Below, piece by piece: positions 21,701 through 32,790 of a stretch of DNA of 64,000 nt. The notes below the pieces were generated by a model. The model did not search any database. It was not told the DNA's origin and saw nothing but the letters and a program-made list of their open reading frames with translations. The DNA comes from Bugula neritina (lineage: Eukaryota > Animalia > Bryozoa): assembly GCA_964035545.1 (NCBI GenBank), contig OZ037767.1:6464707-6528706 (forward strand). Reading direction: 5' to 3'. Position 1 is the first letter of the stretch. Every line of letters starts with the position of its first letter. A program made the position numbers and the translations under genes.

Positions 21701-24700
21701 TTAGCTTACACCTTGGCAAAAGGTAAGCTGTACAGTCACCAACTAGATGATATGTAATATATAATTGTTTATACTTCTACAGTTTTGGCCAGTTGAAACT
21801 TACTATAAAGGTACATATACCATAGATAGAGAATAGCTGAAGACAGTAATGGTAATTATCAGAAAAAAGACATTACTTTTCCAGCTTTCCGCTTCCTTGA
21901 CCTAGATGGTGGTTTAGGTTTAGATACATTTATTGGCACGACTTGTGTAGCTGATTGTGGCTGATCTGTGACCTCAGTATGTGCCGGTTCTAAAAGAAAA
22001 AGATATGCATTTTAAAGACAAGAGAAATACAATTAAAGGTAATTTGACTTAGTATTCTGAAGGCACAGTTATGGTTTATACCTTCACAGCTTTATTTCAG
22101 AATATTAATTTGATAGAGCAGAAACAATTATTCAAGCTTTCTTATACACTATAAAGGCACATTTTCAAAATTATCGTCCAACTTTTTTGCACATGTATGC
22201 TCAGTATGCCTTTGGCAGTAAAACGATTAACTGTTTAACCATCCATTTTAGTATTGATAAAAACACTTCAGCCAATCAGGTGAAATCTGTAATCTTGTGA
22301 CTTATTATTCTTACTATTGTAATGGATTCTCATCCTCTATTGTTCTGAAATAACTGCGTGCATCAGTATACTATAAATACTGTTGCGTATAGTTCTTAAT
22401 GCTGTAATTATAGTTAAGTAACCTAGCTTGCTAATGCCTAAGTATGGTGATTACTGTTAAGCTTTCAGCATAATGTAATTTTACTGAAATACGCATTCTG
22501 AAGTTATGTAATATCTCTTTTACTAATAGTGCTTTTCTTTTACTAATGTTGCTTTCTTTTGTGTGTGTCCTTTGTTGCTGAGATCGGCATTTCGGTCTTC
22601 CGAAATGCCGAATATCGGCATTTCGGAACCCCGATCTCGGCAACAAAGGAATGTCTTTGTCTCGCTTGTATATAAAAGCCAGCGAGTTCCAGTGTAGTTC
22701 AGACTACTACTGGAGCTCGCTGGTAGTAGGACCACATAAGCTGTATCTGATGCAAATAAAGTTTATCTTTCATTCGTATTCAAATACTTGGCTTATTCTC
22801 TCTAACGCAAAGAGTATGTTCAAGCACTAGTTGCATTCATAACCCACAGTTTACTACATTGGTGGCAGCAGTGGGGTTATACGAATAGCTAGTTGCTGGA
22901 AGAAAGAAGATGGCCCCAGGGGACCCAGCCCCTGAGGCAGCGGAGACACCAACCCTCACTGTTGAGGCGTTAGTCACAGCCCTCCAGGAATTGCGGGGGC
23001 AAGGACAGGCATCACCTGGTGACAGGTATCGCCTCCAGCCCCCGAATTTCGGAGGAGAAGGAGACGTAGAGCAATTCATCAGGGAGTTCCAGGATGTGGC
23101 CACCATCGCTGAATGGCCAGTACGGGTGCGCATCCTCCAACTTCGGGCCTGTCTGACAGGCCGGGCCAAGAGCTTCGCTCTTGGGCCTGATGATGAGCAC
23201 ATCATGCGGGCTCTCAGGGCCCGGTTCGGTCTGACGACTGAAGAGGCGGCAGACCAACTACAAGTGATGAGGAGAGACCAAAGAACACATCTGGAAGATC
23301 ACGCTAACGAGGTAGAACGCCTGGCTCAGGCTGCTTTCGGTCACGCCACTGGCGACGACCGGAAGCGCCTCGTTTATAACGCGTTCTTCCGGAGCGTGAA
23401 CCACCCGGACCTGCAGCGATACTGGCTGGCCGCCAAGGTCAGCAGTATAGAAGAAGCGCTGAAGATGGGGAAGGCTTACTTCCAAGTAGAAGAGCCTCAG
23501 AAGGCAAGCTACACAGCTCGCCAGGTGGCCAAAGACGAAGAAGAGGCACCCCCATCTCCAACCCCACAGGTGGCGGCAGCAGTAACTCCATCACCCGAGC
23601 AGACGCAGCTCACCATGTTGATGAACATGATGAAAGGCCTGCAGGCTACGGTGTCGGAGTTGCAGCGCAACCAGACGGACAGGCGGGCTCCCCGATCGCG
23701 GGACGACCCTGTCCGCCCGTCTCTGCCCACCTGTTGGGAGTGCAGGATGCAAGGTCATGTGAGAAGGCACTGCCCTAAAGGACAGAGGCCTTTAAACACC
23801 CAAGGCCCACGGTAACTTCCGCCACCCGTGGGCCTCACGCTAATCCCGTCCGGGATAGGACTCGGAGGGTAACAGAAGAGACCTCCACAGAGTCTGCCGG
23901 TACCGAGTGGCAGGCACCACGGAGATCTCGGAGACCGAAAGGTCTACCCGATCCTCCTGCCATGCCACTCGAAACCCGGATGGAGCTAGAAGAAACCGGA
24001 TGGCAGGCACCTCGGAGATCTCGGAGACCGCAAGGTCTACCCGATCCTCCAGCCTGGCCACTCCGTAACCGGTTCGCGGGGTTGCCCGAGGAGGTTGTGG
24101 ATGAGGATTCAGCTTACTCGCAAGAGTACCCCAAGCTACCCTCCCGACCTCAGAAAACCCCCGTTGTCTCTAAGACGAAGAGGAGGCCCGCTGTGCGGAC
24201 CCAAGTTGTGTCTCCCCCAGAGACTGACCGCTCCAGGAGCACCCAGCCGTACGGAAGCAGCTACTTCCTGCCCGGAAAGATTTCGGGTAAAGCTGCCACA
24301 TTCCTACTGGATACTGGGTGCACTACCAACCTGCTGAGTAGGCGTCTCTTTGACACTCTTGGTGCTCGAGAGCGGGCGAGCCTCGAGCCGTATGAAGGTG
24401 CGCATGGTACGTTGGCGGACGGATCATGCATCCCTTTCTACGGCGTCATCTCACTGCCTGGACGCGTCCGTGATCAAGCAATTCACGAGACGTTCATAGT
24501 CAGCCAGCTGAAGGAGGACGCCATCTTGGGAATGCCCTTTCTGGAGAAACACCAGTGTCACATGGATTTCCAGAAGTCAGTGGTGGTGATGGCTGGGAAG
24601 GAACTTGTCTGTGTTGACAAGTTTGGCAGGCCCTTGGTGGGCGGAGTCCAGGTAGTGCGGGACTGCACGGTTCCGGGGAGATCCCAGGCGACCCTCCGAT

Positions 24701-27700
24701 GCAGAGTCAACTGCAAAGGGATCGCCGGCCTGGGGATGGTTGAGGGAACGCACGGAGCCATCCGACTAGCAAACAGCCTGAATCGGCTAGATTGTCGGCA
24801 AGAGCTCCTCGTGCAGTGCATCAACCCCTTCACGGAACCTGTCCAATTATCGGCTGGAGCGCTGGTGGGGAAGTACCACTCCATCCAGGAAGCGGATGTG
24901 GGTCCGGCACTGGAGACAGTGGCCGACACCCAGGGAAACCCCCCTCACACCAGACGAGGAGCAGTCCCGGAGCACCTGGCTGACCTGTATGGCGGAGCAT
25001 GCGGAAACTGTACGAGTAGTACTGAACGCCAAGTACTGGCTCAACTACTCGCGGAGTACAGTGATGTCTTCAGTCGTGGCGATGGAGACATGGGGCTGAC
25101 TAAGGTTATCTCCCACGAGATACCTCTGGCAGCCGGCACCACTCCCATCAGGCAGCCTACCCGACGTCTGGGCCCGGAGAAGGAGGTGAGCCGACAGGTA
25201 CAGGATCTTCTGGACCGGGATCTGATTGAGCCTGCCCACGGTGCGTGGAGCTCCCCAGTGGTCCTGGTCAAGAAGAAGGATGGTAGCTGGAGATTCTGCG
25301 TGGACTACCGCAGACTCAACAGCGTTACCATCCAGGACGCCTACCCTCTCCCACGGATAGATGAGTCTCTAGATGCCCTCGCGGGTAGCAAGTACTTCAG
25401 TACTTTGGATCTGCTTAGCGGGTACTGGCAAGTGCCCCTCAGTCCTGATGCCCAGGATAAAGCAGCATTCATTACTCGCGACGGGCTCTGGAAGTGGAAA
25501 GTACTGCCATTCGGACTAACGTCCGCTCCGGCAACATTCCAACGGCTCATGGAGCAAGTCCTCAGTGGGTTACACTGGAAGACCCTCCTCATCTATCTGG
25601 ACGATGTCATTGTCATCTCCCCAGACTTTTCGACTCATGTCAGTCGTCTGCGGGAGGTCTTTGACCGTCTCCGGGCAGCCGGGCTGAAGCTGAAGCCCTC
25701 CAAGTGCGCAATCCTGCAGCCAGAAGTCACATACCTGGGCCATGTGGTTGGCCGTGATGGGGTCGCTACCGATCCAGAGAAGGTACAAGCTGTGAAGGAG
25801 TGGACTGTCCCCCGCGACCTCCCTGAGTTGCGTGCATTCCTGGGCCTAGTAGGGTACTACCGGCAGTACATACCTGGTTTCGCAGGAGTGGCTCAGCCGT
25901 TAAATCGGCTGACCGCAAAGGGAGTCCGGTGGCAGTGGACACAGGAGGAGCAGCAGGCATTCGACCACCTCAAGCAACGGCTAATGGAAGCGCCAATCTT
26001 GGCGTATCCTGATCCAGCCAAGGAGTACATCCTGGACACCGACGCCAGCGACCACAGCGTGGGAGCCGTCCTGTCTCAAGTCCAGGGTGGAAGTGAGGTG
26101 GTCGTGGCTTACTATAGCAAGACTCTCGCGGCCGCCGAGAAGAACTACTGCACCACTAGGAAGGAACTCCTAGCAGTAGTCAAGGCGGTCAAGCACTTTC
26201 GGCCATATCTGTATGGGAAATCGTTCCGTTTGCGAACAGACCATGCATCACTGATATGGCTGTGTAAACGTGCAGAGCCCTCGAGCCAGGTGGCTCGTTG
26301 GCTAGAGATTCTTGCCGAGTTCTCTTACCGTATAGAGCACCGTGCAGGCCGGAAGCATGATAACGCCGACGGCATGAGCCGCCGGCCGGTAGAGAACTGT
26401 AAGCAATGCCTGCACATTGAACAGCGGGACGGGGGACCCGCTCGCCTTGACGTGGAAACAGAGCTAGTGGAGGGCACCGCCTACCGGTGGGAGCACGGCC
26501 ATCTTCGGACCGAAACCCACCAGGACGGTGTCCAGGCGCTCCACGCCAACCCTACTCTGCACCAGAACGTCAAGGAGCTGTGCCGACTCCAGGAGACGCT
26601 ACCCGGCGCGGTAGCGGACATCTTCCGGGCCAAGAAGGAGGGCCGACGACCTAGCGAGGAACAGCAGCGGCAGGGAGACGTTGAGTTCCAACTCCTCTGT
26701 CGTCGCTGGGATGCCCTCAAGGTCAGTCCTGATGGCCTCCTGATGATAACGTTAGCAGCAGACAACCGCCAGCAGAAGAGGGACCGCGTCGTCTGTCCAC
26801 GCGCCCTCCGGCGGGAACTGATCTGGGACACCCATAAGCAGGCTCATGCTGGAGTCAGTCGGGTCATCAGGTGTCTGCGGCTGCGTTGGTATTGGCCCGG
26901 AATGACTCGGGACGTACGACTGCGGGTACGGCAATGCGAGGTCTGCCAAGCTAGCAAGCATGGCCGCCCTACGGAAACCACTGGTCGACGCCGGCTGTAC
27001 GCTGGTCGACCGTGGCAAGTAGTGGCGGTAGACCTCGTCGGGCCTATGCCGTTATCCGCCAGAGGGAACACCTGGATACTGGTGCTCACGGACCACTTTA
27101 CCCGGTGGGCGGATGCTCTGGCTATTCCAGACGCAACCGCCCCCACGGTGGCCCGGACCCTGGACCAACATGTGTTCTGTTACCTCGGTTTACCCGAGCA
27201 GATACATACGGACCAGGGCGCCCAGTTCCAGTCCCAGCTCATGGGAGACCTCTGCCGGATATGGGGGGTGAACCAGAGTCGGACCACCCCATATCACCCA
27301 CAAGGGAACGGAGTCGTCGAGCGGAACAACAGGATCTCCTGCGTGGCGGAGTGTGGTGTGCTGCGGTAAGCCCGCATGATCTGCGGCAGCACCACGTCCC
27401 ATTCTTCCTGACCTCGACCAAGGAGACCGGGAGACTGGGTCTGGATGGTGAGCTACCGTAGGCGACGCGGACAGTCGGCTAAGCTTCAGCCCAAGTTCGT
27501 CGGTCCCTACTGCGTAGTGGAGGTGCTGCCCAACCACACGTACCGTGTGGAGCGCTCTGGACAGATCTCTGTCCAGAGCGAGCAGCGCCTCAAACCTTAC
27601 CATGCCAGCCCAGACGCGGTGGGTCAGGCTCCACCCCTCCTGGAGCCCCACCGTCAGCCCAACCGTCGAGGACGGGCCACCCAGCCCCGAGAGGTGGAAA

Positions 27701-30590
27701 TTGTGGTTCCCAGAGAGTCGGACCAGGAGCAGGCCGCCTTGATAGAGCAGCTGGAGCGACAGCAGAGAGAGGAACGGGAACAGGAACAGCGACAAGCCCT
27801 AGGACCACCACCCTCCCTGGGGGAGGACACCCCCACCCCCGTGTTGGGTGAAGGCGGGGACCCCCCTACTAGGGTAGCCCAGGAGCCACCAACACCACCG
27901 GTGCCTGTTCCAATTGAGAGGAGCCAGCGGTCAAGAAGACCCCCCAGGTATCTGGCAGACTATGCTGTTGGGCACCTGGAGTGGCCCCCCCATGAGGACA
28001 ATCCATCCAGTGCAGACGACCACCCCATCTTGGCTGGAAATTCCCTCCATCACCCCGGAGAATTCCACCAAGAAGAAGATTTCACACAGCTAGCACGTGA
28101 GTTACAGCTTAAGTTGAACTCTAATCCTGATACCCCTAAGTATAATTTAAACACTGTTATTCAGACACTAGCATCAGCCATGGGAATTACCTCGCCAGAT
28201 ACCCAAACAGAGGAGTGTAAGGATACCAAGGAGGCCAGTCGATCCGACTCCCCTCCTCCACCAGCTCCTGTTCCGGCTCCCCGCAGCCAGCAGGACGACA
28301 CCCCCTCTTCCGAGGTGTGTTCCGCCAGCGTTAGTGGCCCTGACCTCGAACCGGTTGAGCTCCAGCTCACAGCTGGGGAGGAGCAGGGCACTCTATACGG
28401 CGACCACCTCGCAGGCAGAGACGAGGAGGACTCTCCAATACTGGCAATGCCTCGGGCCCTGGTCGCCCGCCAGTATTGGATATCTGGAGCACCAGGCAGC
28501 CAGATAGAAGAACAGACTCAGCCAACCCACCCACAATTGCCCCGTCACGGGCAGAGTATGGCACTTCCTTACCGGGAGTGCGTCCTGGATAGCGCAATCG
28601 AGGCCTGGTCCGGTACCCTTGACCGTTGTACAGAAGGGATAGAAAGCCTGGTGCACCACCTCAAATAACTGAACCGGACAATTGGGAGCCGCCAGCATTG
28701 GCCACCCGGACTGTATACATATTACGGGTACTACTATCGTTTATATTATTGTGATACGTGTGACTAATCATAATACTTTCTGTTAATCGCATATTTTTCT
28801 ACTTTTGTGTTTTATTTTTTTTTTTTTTTTTTTTGTTTGTTTTGTTTTGTGTGAAATCATTGTTCTGTTATCGAAAAGGGGATGCTTTTCGATGGGGGGA
28901 GAATGTAATGGATTCTCATCCTCTATTGTTCTGAAATAACTGCGTGCATCAGTATACTATAAATACTGTTGCGTATAGTTCTTAATGCTGTAATTATAGT
29001 TAAGTAACCTAGCTTGCTAATGCCTAAGTATGGTGATTACTGTTAAGCTTTCAGCATAATGTAATTTTACTGAAATACGCATTCTGAAGTTATGTAATAT
29101 CTCTTTTACTAATAGTGCTTTTCTTTTACTAATGTTGCTTTCTTTTGTGTGTGTCCTTTGTTGCTGAGATCGGCATTTCGGTCTTCCGAAATGCCGAATA
29201 TCGGCATTTCGGAACCCCGATCTCGGCAACAAAGGAATGTCTTTGTCTCGCTTGTATATAAAAGCCAGCGAGTTCCAGTGTAGTTCAGACTACTACTGGA
29301 GCTCGCTGGTAGTAGGACCACATAAGCTGTATCTGATGCAAATAAAGTTTATCTTTCATTCGTATTCAAATACTTGGCTTATTCTCTCTAACGCAAAGAG
29401 TATGTTCAAGCACTAGTTGCATTCATAACCCACAGTTTACTACACTATCATACCAATGCAATTGACTTTGTCTATACATTCTTTCAATGATAGAGACAAA
29501 AGACAGGCTTTGAAATAGGGCTCACTCAAGTTCAATTAACTGAGACAAGGCGATAGCATGCATATACATGAGCCTTTGTTTTGTATCATCGGTAGCAGGA
29601 TTGACTAGAGGTGCTTATAGCTCTGTGCTATAATTTACACTCTAAAGTACTAAATGAAACGGAATTGTGAATTATATTATCATTCACCTTCAGTTCATAC
29701 AGAAATATTTGCAACTGTTAAAAGAGGAACTACTGAAATTACCTGAAGGTGTATTATTGCTAGAAATAGCTAAAATGACTGCTGGGTTCACATTCTGCAG
29801 CACTGCTTCCGGTTCTGTAGTGGAGTTACTCAACTCTGTGGATGCAGGCTCAAACCTGTAAATGAAAAACTTACTTCAATAACAATAGTCACGTTTTTTG
29901 ATAGCCTCTAGAGAAAGTGTAAAATTGCTGTTGGGTGTCATTTTAATAATATAATGAAATTTCCTTCCATATATTTGTACATAAATCTCAAGCTAGTGGT
30001 GAAAGGGAAGAATATCTAAAAACCAACAATACTAACTTTTAAAGCACTTTAACCTGAAAAAACAGAGAATTCCTCTTTAACATCTTAAAAAAATCAATGG
30101 CATTTAGAACGCAATGTTTTGCATGTTTAGAAAACTTCTGAATTATATTCAGACTGGTTTTAAAACCAGCATACTGCTATTGGTTTATCAAATTAAAAAT
30201 TACTAAAAAGGCACATGGCATCATTTGACTCATGGTAAACAAACTTTAAAGTTGCTGCTCAAAAAGTTTTCCGATTGCTATGAAATTTTGCCAACAAGAA
30301 AAAAATATATATCACAAACATCACCGTTTCAATAATTAGGTTTGGTTTGATGGTTGGTTTCAAAAGCCGATTTCTACACAAAGCATACCAATAGGAATAG
30401 GCTATGACCACCATGCAAAAATTAACTTTTTACAGAACTGTAACTTTCTAGATGCAGGTTTTATAATTACAACGGTCTGAAACAACAAGTGACACAAGGG
30501 GCTCACAGCTACTCACAGTTGATCTTTAGCAATTTCTTCATTAATAGATGAGAAGCCGTACTGAAGAAGGTTGCTGTTGTTTTCTTCCAT
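18750..30590 (-). CDS. HMG20: HMG20A/B (iBRAF/BRAF35)-like HMG-box protein
   Basis: Exons about 30517-30590, 29743-29856, 21877-21989, 21436-21600, 20920-21023, 20417-20561, 19827-20041 and 18750-18901. HMG box RDENAPRMPQTGYVMYMNERR..., DIPIFTEDFLEHNK, coiled coil ELRKLNYQYEEQNAILSTHVD, C-terminal IDTYMAKLHQLIL. Confidence 0.9.
22318..22858 (+). repeat. 5' LTR of element 2 (541 bp)
   Basis: TGTAA...CTACA termini; TATA, post-TATA hairpin and AATAAA as in element 1. Confidence 0.95.
22860..22878 (+). promoter_or_regulatory. Primer binding site, tRNA-Leu variant
   Basis: TGGTGGCAGCAGTGGGGTT, two substitutions relative to the element 1 PBS. Confidence 0.8.
22910..23815 (+). CDS. gag: Gag, element 2
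   Basis: 301 aa, clearly homologous to element 1 Gag; CWECRMQGHVRRHC knuckle; TTTAAAC slip site at 23791-23797. Confidence 0.95.
   Translation: MAPGDPAPEAAETPTLTVEALVTALQELRGQGQASPGDRYRLQPPNFGGEGDVEQFIREFQDVATIAEWPVRVRILQLRACLTGRAKSFALGPDDEHIMRALRARFGLTTEEAADQLQVMRRDQRTHLEDHANEVERLAQAAFGHATGDDRKRLVYNAFFRSVNHPDLQRYWLAAKVSSIEEALKMGKAYFQVEEPQKASYTARQVAKDEEEAPPSPTPQVAAAVTPSPEQTQLTMLMNMMKGLQATVSELQRNQTDRRAPRSRDDPVRPSLPTCWECRMQGHVRRHCPKGQRPLNTQGPR
23791..27369 (+). pseudogene. pol: Pol, element 2: intact PR-RT-RH, integrase truncated by an inversion/deletion
   Basis: The -1 frame is open from the slip site; after VERNNR the sequence is an inverted integrase fragment containing TAA. Confidence 0.9.
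27429..28668 (+). pseudogene. Disconnected 3' part of element 2 pol (GPY region plus shortened, variant extension)
   Basis: Homologous to element 1 from 8517 to about 9981 with two in-frame gaps, then unrelated sequence. Confidence 0.85.
28904..29444 (+). repeat. 3' LTR of element 2
   Basis: Direct repeat of 22318-22858. Confidence 0.95.
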
Positions 30591-30767
30591 TTCTTTTTTA
30601 TCAACTGACTAAAACATCTTTGATTAACTAAAATGCTATTTTCAAACTTTGCACTGTTAAAATAATTGGTATAAAACGACAAAAAATATATAATAAAAAT
30701 AACTTTATTATTAATACAGCAATGATTTAAAACTATAAATTAGTTAACTAGGTAAGTATATCATTCA

Positions 30768-30925
30768 CGCAGAGTAGTGGAGAAATTGAGATGGCGTAAG
30801 TTCTATAATTTTCTTATTAAATTTAGTTTGGGGCGCGGGTAGAAATTCTCTTGAGAACATAACTTTCTTTGCTACTTTTCTAAACTGGATCACAGGCTTT
30901 TCACAATTTCTCCATTGCTACACCT
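30768..30925 (+). repeat. About 160-bp MITE-like repeat, copy 2
   Basis: Aligns by eye to 1937-2095. Confidence 0.7.
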
Positions 30926-32790
30926 ACCTCCACTATTACCATTAGTATTATTACAACTACACCATTACCAATACTATTAATAGCCTTGATGTTCAGTTTG
31001 TTTTATAACTCAGATTGATAGGGCTTGTATTACACTTACTGCTTGATAATATTAATCGTATTCATACTGCTCACAATATACACATCCAACAGTAACTGTA
31101 AATGCAATGGTAAGACTAACTTTAATTGAAAGTGATGGACCTATAAGTTGCGATTGCAAGCAAGCTGGAGCTCGATCTTCACCTTGAACATGCACTACAT
31201 CATTTTATTCTACTTTTGTATGCATACCAACTACCATTACGCCTACTAGCAATACCAGTACCAGTACTGCAATTTTATCTTGGCCAGTTGTAGCACTGTT
31301 AACACCAATAGTTGTTACTGGTAGCTAAACTTATACTAATAGTGATAGTCATATTAAACATAATTACAATACTCATACTCAGTAATACTAATAGTATGAT
31401 GCCGATTTACTAAAACCAACAGTAACAGCTAGAGTGCTTAATTTACTCTTACTCTAACTCTTAGTCTAACTCTGAATCTTAGTTCACCATAATGACACTC
31501 ATACGCATTGTCATAATGATAATCATAATCAGATAATCACAATGAAAAAGAGAGAACAAAGACAAATCCAAGTTGTATATAAAAAATATATATATTAAAT
31601 TGAAGAGTTCCTGCGCAATATCAATATGCCTCTGTTCAGAATAAAAGGCGCTTAGCCGAAATAATTAATCTAATCTGAACGATTAAATGATAATTTGATG
31701 ATAATGTTACTCAATTTCATTATCACTATGATATAGAATATGAATATCATATTCATATAGAATTTGATAGTAGAACTTTATCAATATAATTATAAGATTA
31801 TCATTATCATCATAAGAATATCAACAACTTATTGAATTTGATATTATAAATAATAATATAATTTAAATTATCAACAATTATTACTAACTATTATTAATAA
31901 TTTTAGTATTATTAACAACAAATTGAAATTGGTCTTTATTATATACTATTACTTATAATTATTGAACAATTATTAGATTTATTCATTTACTGTTTAGATA
32001 AATTTAAAGATCATTTAATTCAATCGATTCAATTATATTGAACTTTAACTTATATTTATACTTATACTTATAGTTATAAGTTATAGTTACACTTACTGTT
32101 AGTGTTACTCATGAGTCATGTCTCATATTCATATTGTTAATAGTCGTTCCTACACTTGACGATTGGAAAATTTTAGTGCTTTCTTTTATTGTTCAGACAA
32201 AAAGCTATTACACATCCCTTCTTAAAAACTTCAAGAAATAAAATCACTGACGTTATGGCCAAGTTTTACCTCAACATGAACAACTCAACATCAACATGCC
32301 CTGAACAGTTCAGCAGCGTCTGCCTCTCTTTATTCTAGCAAATCTGAAATTGAAGTATTCCTAATTCTGAAACAAATATATATCGGGGAGGGGGTTGCTC
32401 GCATCAATAAACGTGATCGAAACGTTTACAGGATAAAAAAACAAATGCTATGCAGGCAAATAATATAACACTCTTTGCTGTGAACACAGTTTTGACAAAT
32501 ATTTGTCTCAGACTAGAACCCTTAGTAGACTCGCTGACCTAGCTGAGACTTATTTTATAATTATTATTCAGCATAATCATTATCAATGTCAAACTCAATG
32601 TGGATGTGTGAAACCGATTGAATGTTATAAAATTAAATGTAATTGAATAACAACGCTAATACTAATAGATACATCTATTCTTTTCTAGCACACTAATTGA
32701 TTTTACATGTACAAATAAATTTTTCAAAGTACTATTACTTGTAGTTGTATATTAAAACGTTAACACAAAAAGTCGACTCTCAAGATCAAG

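Larger units (their letters stand above)
22318..29444 (+). mobile_element. Ty3/Gypsy LTR retrotransposon, element 2 (integrase disrupted), antisense in an HMG20 intron
   Basis: 541-bp LTRs identical by eye, 4-bp TSD CTAT (22314-22317 and 29445-29448), PBS, gag, pol, PPT 28891-28903. Confidence 0.97.

Noticed and set aside
27190-27795. 201-aa minus-strand ORF in element 2
   Set aside because: Chimeric artefact created by the integrase inversion.
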